Positions 1 to 18,413 of a stretch of 64,000 bases of DNA are shown here, one piece after another. Under the pieces are notes generated by a model. That model saw only the letters and a program-made list of their open reading frames with translations, had not been told where the DNA came from and ran no database searches. Location of the stretch: NCBI RefSeq assembly GCF_009914755.1, contig NC_060938.1. The stretch is one strand, 5' to 3'. The DNA is from the human T2T-CHM13v2.0 reference genome, Homo sapiens. The translations under genes were made by a program, and so were the position numbers. Numbering within the stretch: the first letter of the stretch is position 1; every line of letters starts with the position of its first letter.

Positions 1-98
1 TATCCCCTTTGGCCCTAACTGACCACGTCTGAGTCTTGGGAAACTGCCCACTCGATTGCCTTAAGGAATGGACTCTGCCTCATTCTTTTTTTTTTTGA

Positions 99-407
<309 letters not shown>

Positions 408-552
408 TGAACATTTACTCAAGACTTCTCCCTGGGCCGGGCACGGTGGCTCACGCCTGTAGTCCCAGCACTTGGGAGGCTAAGGCGTGTGGATCACCTG
501 AGGTCAGGAGTTTGAGACCAGCCTGGCCAACATGATGAAATGATGAAACCTA

Positions 553-826
<274 letters not shown>

Positions 827-1933
827 TCATTGCCTGCCTGGAGGAATGCCTTGATGCCAAGATTTTCAGGACAATACCTTGCACGCCATGGCCTTCATCT
901 TTGATGTCATGTTATACCTACCAAATCGGACTTCCTCCCACAACCATCTAGTCCAATTACCCTCCTACTGAGAAGGACTGGGACCTGTCTGCCTCAACCT
1001 ACTGCAGTATACTGGGCACTATCTAGAGTCATAACAGACCAGAGCAGAGAGTCTTCCTTGAGCATAAGAAAGTTTTTCTGTGATTTCACGGCACATCCCA
1101 TGATTTTCTGAGTACGTACAAAATCCTTCACCAATTTCAATCTATCCAAGCAAGTGCCCATTAGATCTTAACAATGAAAAGTTCCTTAGAGGTAACTTAA
1201 TTTTGATCAGTTGTTAAACTCTGTGTTGAGTATAGTCATTCACCTTGTAGTATAATTTTCCTTTCTTTCTTTCTTTTTTTTTTTTTTTTTTTTTTGAGAC
1301 AGTCTCACTCTGTCATCCTGGCTGGAGTATAGTGGCATGATCATGGCTTACTGCAGCCTCAACCTCCTGGGCTCAAGTGATCTTCTCACCTCAACTTCCC
1401 AAGTGACTGGGACTACAGGCATGCACCACCAAACCTGGCTAACTTTTTATTTTTTGTAGAGATGAGGTCTCATTACGTTGCCCGGGCTGGTCTCCAACTC
1501 CTGGGCTCAAGCGAACTGCCCCCCTAGGCCTCCCAAAGTGCTGGGATTACAGGCGTGAATCACTGCGCCTGGCCTGTGTAGTATAATTTTCTATGATGTG
1601 AATTCTGGGAGCCTATGCTTTAACTCACTCCCAAGTGGACCTGCTACTGTGGAGATGCTCTTGGGGTGGGAGATCACAGGAGGAAGATATGAGGAAAGTG
1701 GCAGGGAGGATGAGAAAGCAAAGGCCAAAAAGGTAGTCCCAGAAGTCATGCAGGAGAATGATGACTCCACATCTATATGTATTGAAGAACTAGGGCAAGA
1801 CAGCCCTAGACCTCGATTTCTTCCTTACAGATAAAGCAACCTAGAAATGGCATACACTGACTGAAGATATTTGCTTGCTTTTCCCTGAGAGGTGACTGTA
1901 TGTGGCCACCTGTCTCCAATATATATATTTTGA

Positions 1934-2191
<258 letters not shown>

Positions 2192-2423
2192 TGAGCCACC
2201 GCGCCTGGCTTGAGATTTTTATTTCAAAAAGAATCTCAGGTTGTTATCAAGCCATTTGAAATGCAGTAAAGCAATATGAAGCAGAAGGGAGAAAGAGAAA
2301 AGTTATCCATAAAGTTAAGCCAGAAATGAGGCTAATATAATAGTGCTTATTATGGAATCCTATGCCCTTGCCTGGATTGACCACTCATTCAGTCATGTAT
2401 TTTATAGTGGTTTTTTTGTTTAG

Positions 2424-2786
<363 letters not shown>

Positions 2787-2860
2787 TAAAAGCCAAACTT
2801 AGAAATCAGTTTCTTCCAAAGATAGTCATACTAAGAAACATTACGTGATATAAAGGGTAG

Positions 2861-4185
<1,325 letters not shown>

Positions 4186-4535
4186 GGTAATATTTTCAAG
4201 GATGCTTCTACAGCAGACGTAAATCCCAGCCTAATCCAGGCTCACACAGTTTAGTAAGTAGTGCAGCCTGGGGTTTCTGTCTATATGCCTCATCTATGAA
4301 ATGGGCGTAATAATAGTAACTACTTCATGGGGCTATTGTGATTAAATTAGATAATCTGTGTAAAGTACTTAACATATTTTAATTTTCAAATACAGGTATA
4401 CTTTGTTTTATTGGGCTTTGCTTTATTAAATTTTCCACAAGTTAAAGGTCTGTGACAACCCTGTGTCAAGAGAGTCTATCAGCACCATTTTCAACAGCAT
4501 GTGCTCACTTTGTGTCTCTGTGTCACATCTGGTAA

Positions 4536-4694
<159 letters not shown>

Positions 4695-4801
4695 TGAATG
4701 GCTGGGACTTACAGGTGTGCACCACCGCACCCAGCTAATTTTTGTATTTTTAGTAGAGACGGAGTTTCACCATGTTGGCCAGGGTGGTCTCGATCTCTTG
4801 A

Positions 4802-5167
<366 letters not shown>

Positions 5168-5677
5168 TAGCCTTTTTCATTATTATTATATCTGTTACGG
5201 TGATCTTTGATGTTACTACTGTAATTGTTTTGGGGCTCCCAGAACTGCACCCACATAAGATGGTGAACTTAATAAATGTTGTGTGTGTTCTGACTGCTCC
5301 ACCAACTGGCCTTTCCCATCTGTTTCCCTCTCCTCAGGCCTCCCTATTCCCTGAGACAAAACAATATTGGAATTATGCCAGTTAATAACCCTACAATGGC
5401 CTCTAAGTGTTCAAGTGAAAGGAAGAGTCTCGGGTCTCTCACTTTAAATCAAAAGCTAGAAATGATGAAGCATAGAGAAAGCCAAGATAGGCTGAAAGCC
5501 AGGCCTCTTCCCCTAAGCAGTTAGCCAAGTTGTGAGTGCAAAGGAAAAGTTCTTGAAGGCAATTAAAAGTCCTACTTAAGTGAACACAGTAAAACATCCT
5601 TATGGCTGATTTGGAGAAAGTTTTAGTGGTCTGGATAGAAGATCAAACTAGCCACAACATTCCCTTAAGCTAAACAG

Positions 5678-5900
5678 CAGGGGTGTCCAATCTTTTGGTT
5701 TTCCTAGGCCACATTGGAAGAAGAAGAATTGTCTTGGGTCACACATAATATACAACAACGCTAATAATAGCTGATGAGCTTTAAGAAAATCGCAAAAAAA
5801 ATCTCATAATGTTTTAAAAAAGTTTACAATTTTGTGTTGGGCCACATTCAAAGCCATCCTGGGCTGCATGGAGTTCACAAGCTGTAGGGTGGACAAGCTT
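5678..5900. mobile_element. MER30 (hAT) element
   Basis: CAGGGGTGTCCAATCTTTTGG...GGACAAGCTT termini inside Tigger1. Confidence 0.75.
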
Positions 5901-6621
5901 AAGCTAAAGCCCAATCCAGAGCAAGGCCCTAATTCTCTTCAATTCTATGAAGGCTGGGAGAAGTTAGGAAGCTGCAGTAGAAAAGTTTAAAGCTAGCATA
6001 TGTTGGCTTATTAAATTTAAGGAAAGAAGCCATCTCCATAATGTTAAAGTGCAAGTTTGCCAGGTGTGATGGTTCATGCCTGTAGTCACAGCTACTCTGG
6101 AGGCTGAGGAAGAAGGATCACTTGAGCCCAGAGGTTCAAAACCAGCCTGGGCAACATAGTGAGACCCTGTCTTAAAAAAAAAAAGTTCAAGGTGAAGCAG
6201 CAAACTCTGATGTAGAAGCTGCAGCAAGTTATCCAGAAGACCTAGCTGAGATAACTGATGAAGGTGGCTACACTAAACCACTAAACAACAGACAAACAGC
6301 CTTTTTTTTTTTTTTTTTTTTTTTTTTGAGACAGAGTTTTGCTATTGTTGCCCAGGCTAGAGTGCAATGGTACGATCTCAGCTCACGGCAACCTCTGCCT
6401 CCAAGTGATTCTCCTGCCTTAGCCCCCTAGGTAGCTGGGATTACAGGTATGCGCCACCACACCCCACTAATTTTTGTATTTTTAGTAGAGACAGGGTTTA
6501 GCCAAGTTGGTCAGGCTGGTCTCAAACTCCTGACCTCAGGTGATCCACCCGCCTCGGCCTCCTGAAGTGCTGGGATTACAGGTGTGAGCCACCATGCCCA
6601 GCCAAAACAGCCTTTTATTGG

Positions 6622-6715
6622 GAGAACTGCACCAGGCATAGACTTCTCCTCACTAGCTGTGAAAGTCCCAGTCATCTAGGACTTTCATAGTTAGTAAGGA
6701 GAAGTCTATCCCTGG

Positions 6716-6725
<10 letters not shown>
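6622..6725. repeat. 50-bp inverted repeat with a 4-nt spacer (44/50 match)
   Basis: 6622-6671 is the reverse complement of 6676-6725; loop TCAT. Confidence 0.9.
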
Positions 6726-7807
<1,082 letters not shown>

Positions 7808-7928
7808 AGTCATTTTTTTTAATTTAAAGAAAATTGATAGAGATGGGATCTTGCTAGGTTGGCCAGGTTGGTCTTGAACTCAGCCTCAAGCAATCCTCCC
7901 ATCTCAGCCTCCCAAAATACTAGGATTA

Positions 7929-8177
<249 letters not shown>

Positions 8178-8403
8178 TCACTTGAACCCGGGAGGTGGAG
8201 GTTTCAGTGAGCTGAGATCGGGCCATTGCACTGCAGCCTGGGCAACAAGAGTGAAACTCCATCTCAAAAAAAAAAAAAAATTTGCCACAGCAGTGGCTCA
8301 TGCCGGTAATCCTAGCATTTTGGGAAGCCGAGGCTGGTGGATGACCGGAGGTCAGGAGTTTGAGACCAGCCTGGTCAACATGGTGAAACCCCCGTCTCTA
8401 CTA

Positions 8404-8631
<228 letters not shown>

Positions 8632-9127
8632 CTAGTGAGTCTGTGGCCTTCAAATGGAGGCAAAAATATCAGCAAAAAGATTACGACCCACTGAAGTCTC
8701 AGATAATCATTAGCATTATTTAGCAGAGGTGTGTTTTTTCATTAAGGTATGTACTTTTTTTAAACATAATGCTATGGCAACTTAATAGACTACAGTATAT
8801 TATACACCTTTTATATGCACTGGGAAACCAAACATTCATGTGACTCACTTTATTGTGATATGTGCTTTATTGCAGTGGTCTGGAAGCAAATCTGCAATAT
8901 CTCCCAGGTATCCCTGTATTAACAATTATTATTTCAGATAAGGAAATGGAGATCCAAGAGAAGAAACATGCCTGGTTAGTGGGAGAGCTAAGTCAGTCCA
9001 AGGCCAAAGCCCATGCCTTCACTGACCACTTGGCTCTAGTGCCTTCCAGCTTGAGGAGAGACTGGAAGAGTGCAGAGCTGCATGAAGGGGACTATAAGAA
9101 AGTTAATGGTATGTTAGGGTCACATGA

Positions 9128-9364
<237 letters not shown>

Positions 9365-9604
9365 TAGCCAGGATGGTTTGGATCTCCTGACTTTGTGATC
9401 CGCCCTCCTCGGCCTCCCAAAGTGCTGGGATTACAGACGTGAACCACCACACCCGGCCCCAGATTACTTATTTCTTATCATTTTAAATTGGCTCCACCGC
9501 ATTCCAGCTTGGGCGACAGAGCAAGACACCATCTCAAAAAAAATAAAAAATAAAAAACAAAAAAATTTAAAAAAAAAAGAAATATGATTGGACAAAAAGG
9601 GTAC

Positions 9605-10024
9605 GTGGTGTCCTAATTAGACAAAGGGAGTCAGGCTGGTGGGAGCAGGGGAAAGCAAAAAGAAGACGCAGATAAGCTACCAGTCTGCCTTTCTTCATGG
9701 TCCAGGACACAGCCCTCCTGCACAAATAACTGATAATCTTCCTCCGCCCAACTATCACCAGACCCCTCCAAGTTAGCTCACTGCAACCTTGGTGTTATCG
9801 CTACTGCACAAATCCCTCTTCAACAGACAGCATAAACATTATTCTATAAAGTCCCCAGCAAGCCTTTGTTTCTTTGCAGTCAACTTCTCTTCTGCTGGCC
9901 TGCCTGTTGCAACGTTCTCGCAACGTATTTTCCTACTTTCTCTAATAAATCTGCCTTTCTTTACCTACAACTGTCTTGGTAAATTCTTTTACCCCATGCC
10001 ACCATAGTGGTTCGCTCCCCCAAT
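9605..10024 (+). mobile_element. ERV1-class solo LTR (LTR15-like, unconfirmed)
   Basis: LTR architecture with TATA-like ttctataaa (9842) and AATAAA (~9944); ends ..cccaata. Confidence 0.55.
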
Positions 10025-10029
10025 AAAAT

Positions 10030-10432
10030 GCTACTAAGCTGAGTGGGGAAACCCAGCAAGGCCTGTCTGTCTAGATTCTTCTTGGCTTCTCTGAGCTTCA
10101 TTCCTTCCTTCTGGGTGTGGGGCATGCCGGTCCCTCTTTAGAATGGGAATCACGACTTACAGTCAAATAAGGTAGATCAGATCATTTGTTTACAGCCAAT
10201 TTTTACACAGAAAGGCAGAGGGAAAATTACAGTAATATTTTGAGGTTTTATCACTGGCTTTAGGGAAAAGGAGTTCTGGTTTCTATGATCTGCCTCGAAG
10301 AAAAGGGATTCTAGTTTTTATGGCTAGCCTCAGGGAAGAATGGGACTCAGAGCAGGGTGGCAGGAGAAGGGCAAAGAAAAACTTTCCCTTCTGAGGCCTT
10401 CATTTTGGGGTATTGTTCTCTGAGCCCCAACA
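10030..10432 (-). mobile_element. MER39/MER34-like ERV1 LTR fragment
   Basis: Reverse strand begins TGTTGGGGCTCAGAGAACAATACCCCAAAATGAAGGCCTCAGAAG. Confidence 0.55.
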
Positions 10433-10980
10433 ATATTTATGGCGAAAGGACCAAAGACAGGACTTTAACAAGTCCTTGCTTTTCAGAGAAAAGTACCTTG
10501 CAGGTACTTACTTTTCAAAGAAAACAGGGTTGTTGGATGGCTCTAAACCAGAAACTCTTGGTCCAATGGCCATGTGTTTTCAGTGGCAAATACATTCTAT
10601 CCAGAAATATGACACATGACAATTATTTATAGATAAATGGGATAAGATTTGAAAATGGGATTGTTTCTCCCCAAATTTAGGATTTATATACATACCCCTC
10701 TTCCTTGACAAGCAGTTTAATAAAATATGTTCACCTGGGTTAATTCACCTCATTTTACACATGCGTTTTAATTAAGATAGAATAGTAGAAAACAATTTTT
10801 TTTTTAATTTTTAGAGACCAGGTCTTGCTCTGTCACCCAGGCTGGGGTGCAGTGGTGCAATCCATAGCTCACTGCAACCTCTAACTCCTGGGCTCAAGTG
10901 GTCCTCCCACTTCAGCCTCCTGAGTAGCTAGGACAACAGGCATGAGCCACCATGGCCAGCTATTTGAAAAAATGTAGTAG

Positions 10981-11653
10981 GTGAAGGTAGTGGCGGCCAG
11001 GGCTGGGGTCCTGGGAGTCTAGTGGCCGCAAAGGGCATCCCAGAATGTGATGCCACTGGGTGCACAGACAGCCTCCCACATTACCAAGGGCATGCTCCCG
11101 GGGCCCTAACCTAAGACCCCAGAAGAACGGGTCGCTGCCACCAAGAAGTATAAATATGTGTGTGGAAGACTACGAGCCTTATTCGAATGACGGCATGGGG
11201 TATGGGGACTACCTGAAGCTCCCTGACCACTTATAGCAGAAGAGGGATCTGTGGTATAACTGAGACCACCTGGCCTGAGGTTGAACTGGGGATACACTGG
11301 CACCTAGACATGCATATCAGGAACCATGTAGCTATGTCCCCCACACCTGTTTCTTGGAATATCATGTGTATACAGCTCTTCGGCTCTGTGGCTTTCATGA
11401 TGTTCATGTTCTGGGTGGGGGTGATTTACCCTGTCTACCAGCCCGTGGGACCAAAACAGTGTCCTTGCAATAATCTGTACCTGGAACAAGGTGGCGATCT
11501 CTCCAAAGAACCTGAGCCAGTGGTTGACTATGGATACCAGGAGGCTTTGTGGGCTTTTGCGCCCTCTAACTAAGACTCCCTCATTCCTATAAATTTAACC
11601 TTAATGAAATCCCTAATAAAACTCAGTGCTGTGGTGGTTTAAAAAAAAAAAAA
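10981..11653 (+). pseudogene. NDUFB8P1: NDUFB8 processed pseudogene (probably NDUFB8P1)
   Basis: Intronless copy of NDUFB8 mRNA (..GGCCAGGGCTGGGGTCCTGGGAGTC.., [40 protein letters not shown]). ATG mutated to GTA (10987), TAG at 11020, indels, AATAAA at 11615-11620, polyA at 11641-11653. The P1 numbering is from memory of the locus. Confidence 0.9.
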
Positions 11654-12019
11654 GAAAAGGAAATTTGTAGAGATGGGGGTCTCGTTATGTTGCCCAGGGT
11701 GGTCTTGAACTCCTGGCCTCAAAGTGATCCTTCTGCCTCTGTCTCCCAAAATGCTGGGATTACAGGCATGAGCCACCATGCCTAGCCGGAAAACAAATTT
11801 TAAATTACATATATCAATACTTTCTTCACTGTGAAAGATTCAAGTAATACAGATAAAATAAAAGGTCCTCTTAACTCATTACCCAATCTCAGTCTTCTCC
11901 CAAGGGTAGTTACTATTACCAGTTTGAAGTGTTTCCTTCCAGAACCATTTTGTATATATATACAAAATACAATATTCATATGTATGAATGAAAAACTATG
12001 GTTTTATTTTGTGGGTTCA

Positions 12020-12765
<746 letters not shown>

Positions 12766-13129
12766 TAAAGTGCTGGGATTACAGGCGTGAGCCACTGCGG
12801 GCTGTCCTGTAGTTCCACTTTCTGAATGAAAAAGCAAAATTTATGCTCCCTCCTGAGCTCATCCCCTATGTCCCCGCTGGGCTCGTTTTAGGTCTTTGCT
12901 GGCATTCAAGTTGGGGAAGTGTCTCTCCACCAGTTTCTATTATCAATCCCTACTATTTTATAGTTCAATTCAGTATCTCATCGGAAACGTTTAAACTTTA
13001 ACTTTGATAGTCTTTCTTAATCCAGGACAAAGATTACTTAAAACGGAGGAAAGGAATTTGTTAGGACCCTAGCACACTTGGCCTCCTTCAATCAGGCTTA
13101 GGGAATATTGACCCCTGGTGGCCAGTGAG

Positions 13130-14090
13130 GAAATTCAGAGGCGGCCAGAGGCCGGCACTTACCGTTAAAAATGCTTAACTTTATTCGCCACACGTCCGGG
13201 GTAAACTCGCGAGGGGATCCTACCTCTTCCAGATGGTTCCACACGGGACCTCTAGGAGCTCAAAGGACCCTGGGCCCTCCGAAGTCGTCTCTTCTTGCAG
13301 CCCGTTGCTAAGTGGCGCCGCAGGGACCAGCCCAGGTCCCATCACGTGGCCCTGCAGGGTTTTGCCCCACAGGGCCACGACCTGCCAGGCCGGGCCCCCC
13401 TCCTCCCTCCTCTTCAGCGCGGAACCTCGGCCGCCAGTGCCAGGCCGCCTCGACCTTGGCGGAGGTCAAAGCCGCGACAGTCCCGGACCATGTGGCCGGC
13501 GGTCCGGGCAGCGCTCCGAGCCTCTGGGGTCCCCCTCCAGGCCTGGAGGCCGATATCCACATCGTCCTTTTTCTCCCAAAAGGCCGCGACCCTGACCGTC
13601 ACGCCCAAGACTGGGCTGGCCGACAAGTGCCTGGATATGAAAGCAGAAGGCTTGGGCTCGGGGGAGCCGGTGACCCTGCAGGTGTCGGGCGTCAGCCACC
13701 GAGGCCGCCTCTTCCACTCCCTTGCCCACTACGAGGTGGACAGCGGCGGGGGGCTGGACCTGGCCGGGGACCTGGCTCTAGGAGGCGACTTCACGGGCGT
13801 GGGGCCCATGGGGCTCCTGTGGAGCCTCATGCCGGCCGCTTCGAAGGATCCACGCCTCAGTCGAATGCGGAGGGCCGCCTTGAAAAACCCCCTCATAGTG
13901 GAGGTGACCATCCACCTAACGCCGCTGCAGCAGGCGGCGCCGCTGAGTCCGGCGCTGGCCTCGGCCCAGGTGCAGCGCTGGTTCTCCATCCCCGAGCTGC
14001 GCCGCGCGCCTGCGAGCCGGCCGCCTGCGGGGGGTCTTCCTGCTGCCATCAGGTGCGGGGGCCCTTTTCCGCAGAGTGCCTGACAGCAGA
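13130..14090. promoter_or_regulatory. CpG island at the 5' end of the ACOT-like pseudogene
   Basis: About 1 kb of very GC- and CpG-dense unique sequence. Contains E-box CACGTG (13343-13348), RFX half-site GTTGCTAAG (13304-13312) and a nuclear-receptor everted repeat (13451-13468). Confidence 0.85.
13490..14052 (+). pseudogene. ACOT-like pseudogene exon 1 (presequence plus N-terminal domain)
   Basis: ggaccATG with A at -3. Open for about 173 codons, then a frameshift in a CG run at ~14009 (shifted frame LRAGRLRGVFLLPS). Donor TCAG|gtgcgg at 14053. Confidence 0.9.
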
Positions 14091-14473
14091 GTGAGGGAAT
14101 CGACTGGCTTGCTTTGCTAGCTGGTTTGTCATCTGAAAACAAAGCGAGCTCCTTAATCCCTTTATTTTGTCTCCTAGACTTCAAGTGGAACATTCATTCC
14201 CCTAGATGGTGGCTAGGATCTAAATTTCATCTGCTTATGCACCTTTCTTCTGCCAGCTGCTCACCCGCCAGAGTCCTAGTGCTGCATACGCTATTCCTTA
14301 GGAGCATAGACCCTGCGTGTTTGCTATATTAAGCATAAGATTGCTGCAAAGTTTCTAGCATTAAATGCTTTTGTTTGCTTACAGCAGTCTCAACCTCCTG
14401 AGCCCAAGCGATCCTCCCACCTCAGCCTTCAGAGTAGAGTAGCTGGGACAGCAGCCATGTGCCACCCAGGTAA

Positions 14474-14638
<165 letters not shown>

Positions 14639-14917
14639 TAGAGACTAGGTCTTGCTCTGTCACCCAGGCTGGAGTGCAATGGCATCATGATAGCTTATTG
14701 CAGCCTCGACCTTCTGGGCTCAAGTGATCCTTCCACCTCATCTTCTCAAAGTGCTGGGATTACAGGCGTACATGGCCTCATTTTAACCTTTTTGTTTTTT
14801 TAGAGATAGGGTCTTGCTATGCTGCCCAGACTGGTCTTGAACTCCTGGCCTTAAGCAGTCCTCCCACCTCAACTTCTCAAAGTACTGGGATTACAGACAC
14901 ACACAACTGAGCCTGGC

Positions 14918-14918
<1 letters not shown>

Positions 14919-14961
<43 letters not shown>
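14919..14961. repeat. (TTA)~14 microsatellite
   Basis: Read directly; tail of an antisense Alu. Confidence 0.9.
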
Positions 14962-14962
<1 letters not shown>

Positions 14963-15766
14963 TGAGACAGGGTCTCACTCTGTCACCCTGGCTGGAGTGC
15001 AGTGGCACTGTCACGGCTCACTGCAACCTCCCTTCCAGGGCTGAAGCGATTCTCCCACCTCAGCCTCCCAAGTAGCTGGAACTACAGGATCTCACCACTC
15101 TGCCCAGCCACTTTTACTTTAATTGGAATAACAAAGGAATATATCTGAAAAATACCAGGAAACAATTGGCCGATAAATTCTTCTCTTGGAATAGTGAAGG
15201 AATAAAACATCCCCAACAGGACTGTTGAAAGAGAAATAATAGACCAACGTTGGGAGGATATTAGTTTGACATTTTACTATCTCTTCACACATGTAGTTCA
15301 TTTTATAGTACACCTTCATTAGACCTTTAAAACAGTTTAATCCCTGTCAAATTATGGATTCTGGTGACTCTGACTATATCTTAAATTTATTGAGAAATCA
15401 AAGGGCCCTTTAAATTTGGATGTCTGGGTTTGTTTTTGTTTTTTGATTCTTTGTTTGTTTTTTGAGACGTAGTCTCACTCTGTTGCCCAGGCTAGAGTGC
15501 AGTGGTGAGATCTCAGCTCACTGCAACCTCCGTCACCCAAGTTGAAGCGGTTCTCCCACCTCAGCCTCCCGACTAGCTGGGATCACAGGCATGCACCACC
15601 ACAACCAGCTAGTTTTTTGTATTTTTAGTAGAGATGGGTTTTTGGGGTTTCACCATGATGACCAGGCTGGTCTCGAACTCCCGACCTCAAATGATCTGCT
15701 CACCTCGGCCTCCCAAAGTGCTGGGATTACAGGCATGAGCCACTGTACCTGGCTTTAAAAATCTCA

Positions 15767-16183
<417 letters not shown>

Positions 16184-16746
16184 TCAAGACCAGCCTGGCC
16201 AACATGGCAGAAACCTTGTCTCTACAAAAATTAGCAGGGTGCAGTGGGGCACAAGAATTGCTTGAGCCCGGGAGGTGTGGAGGTTGCAGTGAGTCCAGAC
16301 TATGCCACTGCATTCCAGCCTGGGCTATGGGAGTGAAACCCTGTCTAAAAAAAGAAAAAAAAAAGGAGATTTTTATTCTTACATAACTCAAAGCTTGCAG
16401 AACTATTTGCTTAGACTTATCAGGACTTGTACTTCAAACCAAAACACTTCCCATATATTTGGTGCGATTTTTCTTTTTCTTTTTTTCCATTTACCAGTGA
16501 TTAACTCACAGGGAAAAAAATATAAAAATATTTTTACATTTATAGAATCAAAATAGCTCAAATAAATGTCTATTTCAACCACAATAATAAATCCATTTCC
16601 ACAAAACAGATGTTTTCTTTTCAAAGCAAGTAGGTAGTTTTTTTAAAAAAAGATAAATTATACAATCTAATTTTCATTTAGAAAATGTTGGCTAGGTAAA
16701 TGTTCTGTCATCTAACCCAAGATTCATTCCCTTTCCTGGGTTATAG

Positions 16747-16945
16747 ATGATGGTCCTTTTGCTGGTCTCATTGATATATTTGGTGATGGAGGATTAAGTG
16801 AATCTTGAGCAAGTCTCCTGGCTTGTTGAGGTTTTGCTACTCTGCTTTGCCATTTTTTGGCTATGAAGATCTACCTCCAGCCATGAAAGACTTAAACTTA
16901 GATTACTTTGAAGAGGCAGTTAAATTTGTGCAAAGTCACCCAAAG
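16747..16945 (+). pseudogene. ACOT-like pseudogene exon 2
   Basis: ttatag|AT GAT GGT CCT TTT ... CAC CCA AAG|gtgagt. In-frame TGA at 16806 and 16827; 1-nt frameshift at ~16842. Confidence 0.9.
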
Positions 16946-17225
16946 GTGAGTGGTATGAGAGAAATGAATGAATTACTCCAGAAGAGAGTGAATAAAGGAA
17001 GTGTTACTAATGGGTTGGAAAATACCTGCAACAAATACCTGTTGAATTAATAAATAAATACTAGAGCTGTCTGATAACTCTAAAAAACTCATAAAAGACT
17101 TTCTGGCCAGGCACAGTGGCTCACGCCTGTAATCCCAGCACTTTGGGAGGCTGAGGTGGGCGGATCATCTGAAGTTGGAAGTTCAAGATCAGCCTGATTA
17201 ACATGGAGAAACCCCATCTCTACTA

Positions 17226-17417
<192 letters not shown>

Positions 17418-17508
17418 TTATTGAGGACTTTGGTGATCCCATTAACAATTATGCTTCATTTTTCCTTTGTCTCTTTCCGTGTTTGCCTTCTTTTTCTTCA
17501 GTCTGCAG

Positions 17509-18413
<905 letters not shown>

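Noticed and set aside
11310-11573. 87-aa ORF with a hydrophobic segment
   Set aside because: It is the residual C-terminal frame of the NDUFB8 retrocopy, with no presequence, promoter or other sign of function.
13233-14193. Overlapping long ORFs on both strands of the CpG island (13233+, 13312+, 13308-, 13466-, 13729-) and the first 65 codons of the 262-aa ORF
   Set aside because: Stop-poor GC-rich shadow frames with no recognisable homology. Only the frame from ATG 13490 matches the ACOT family, and the 13295 start is a TTG.
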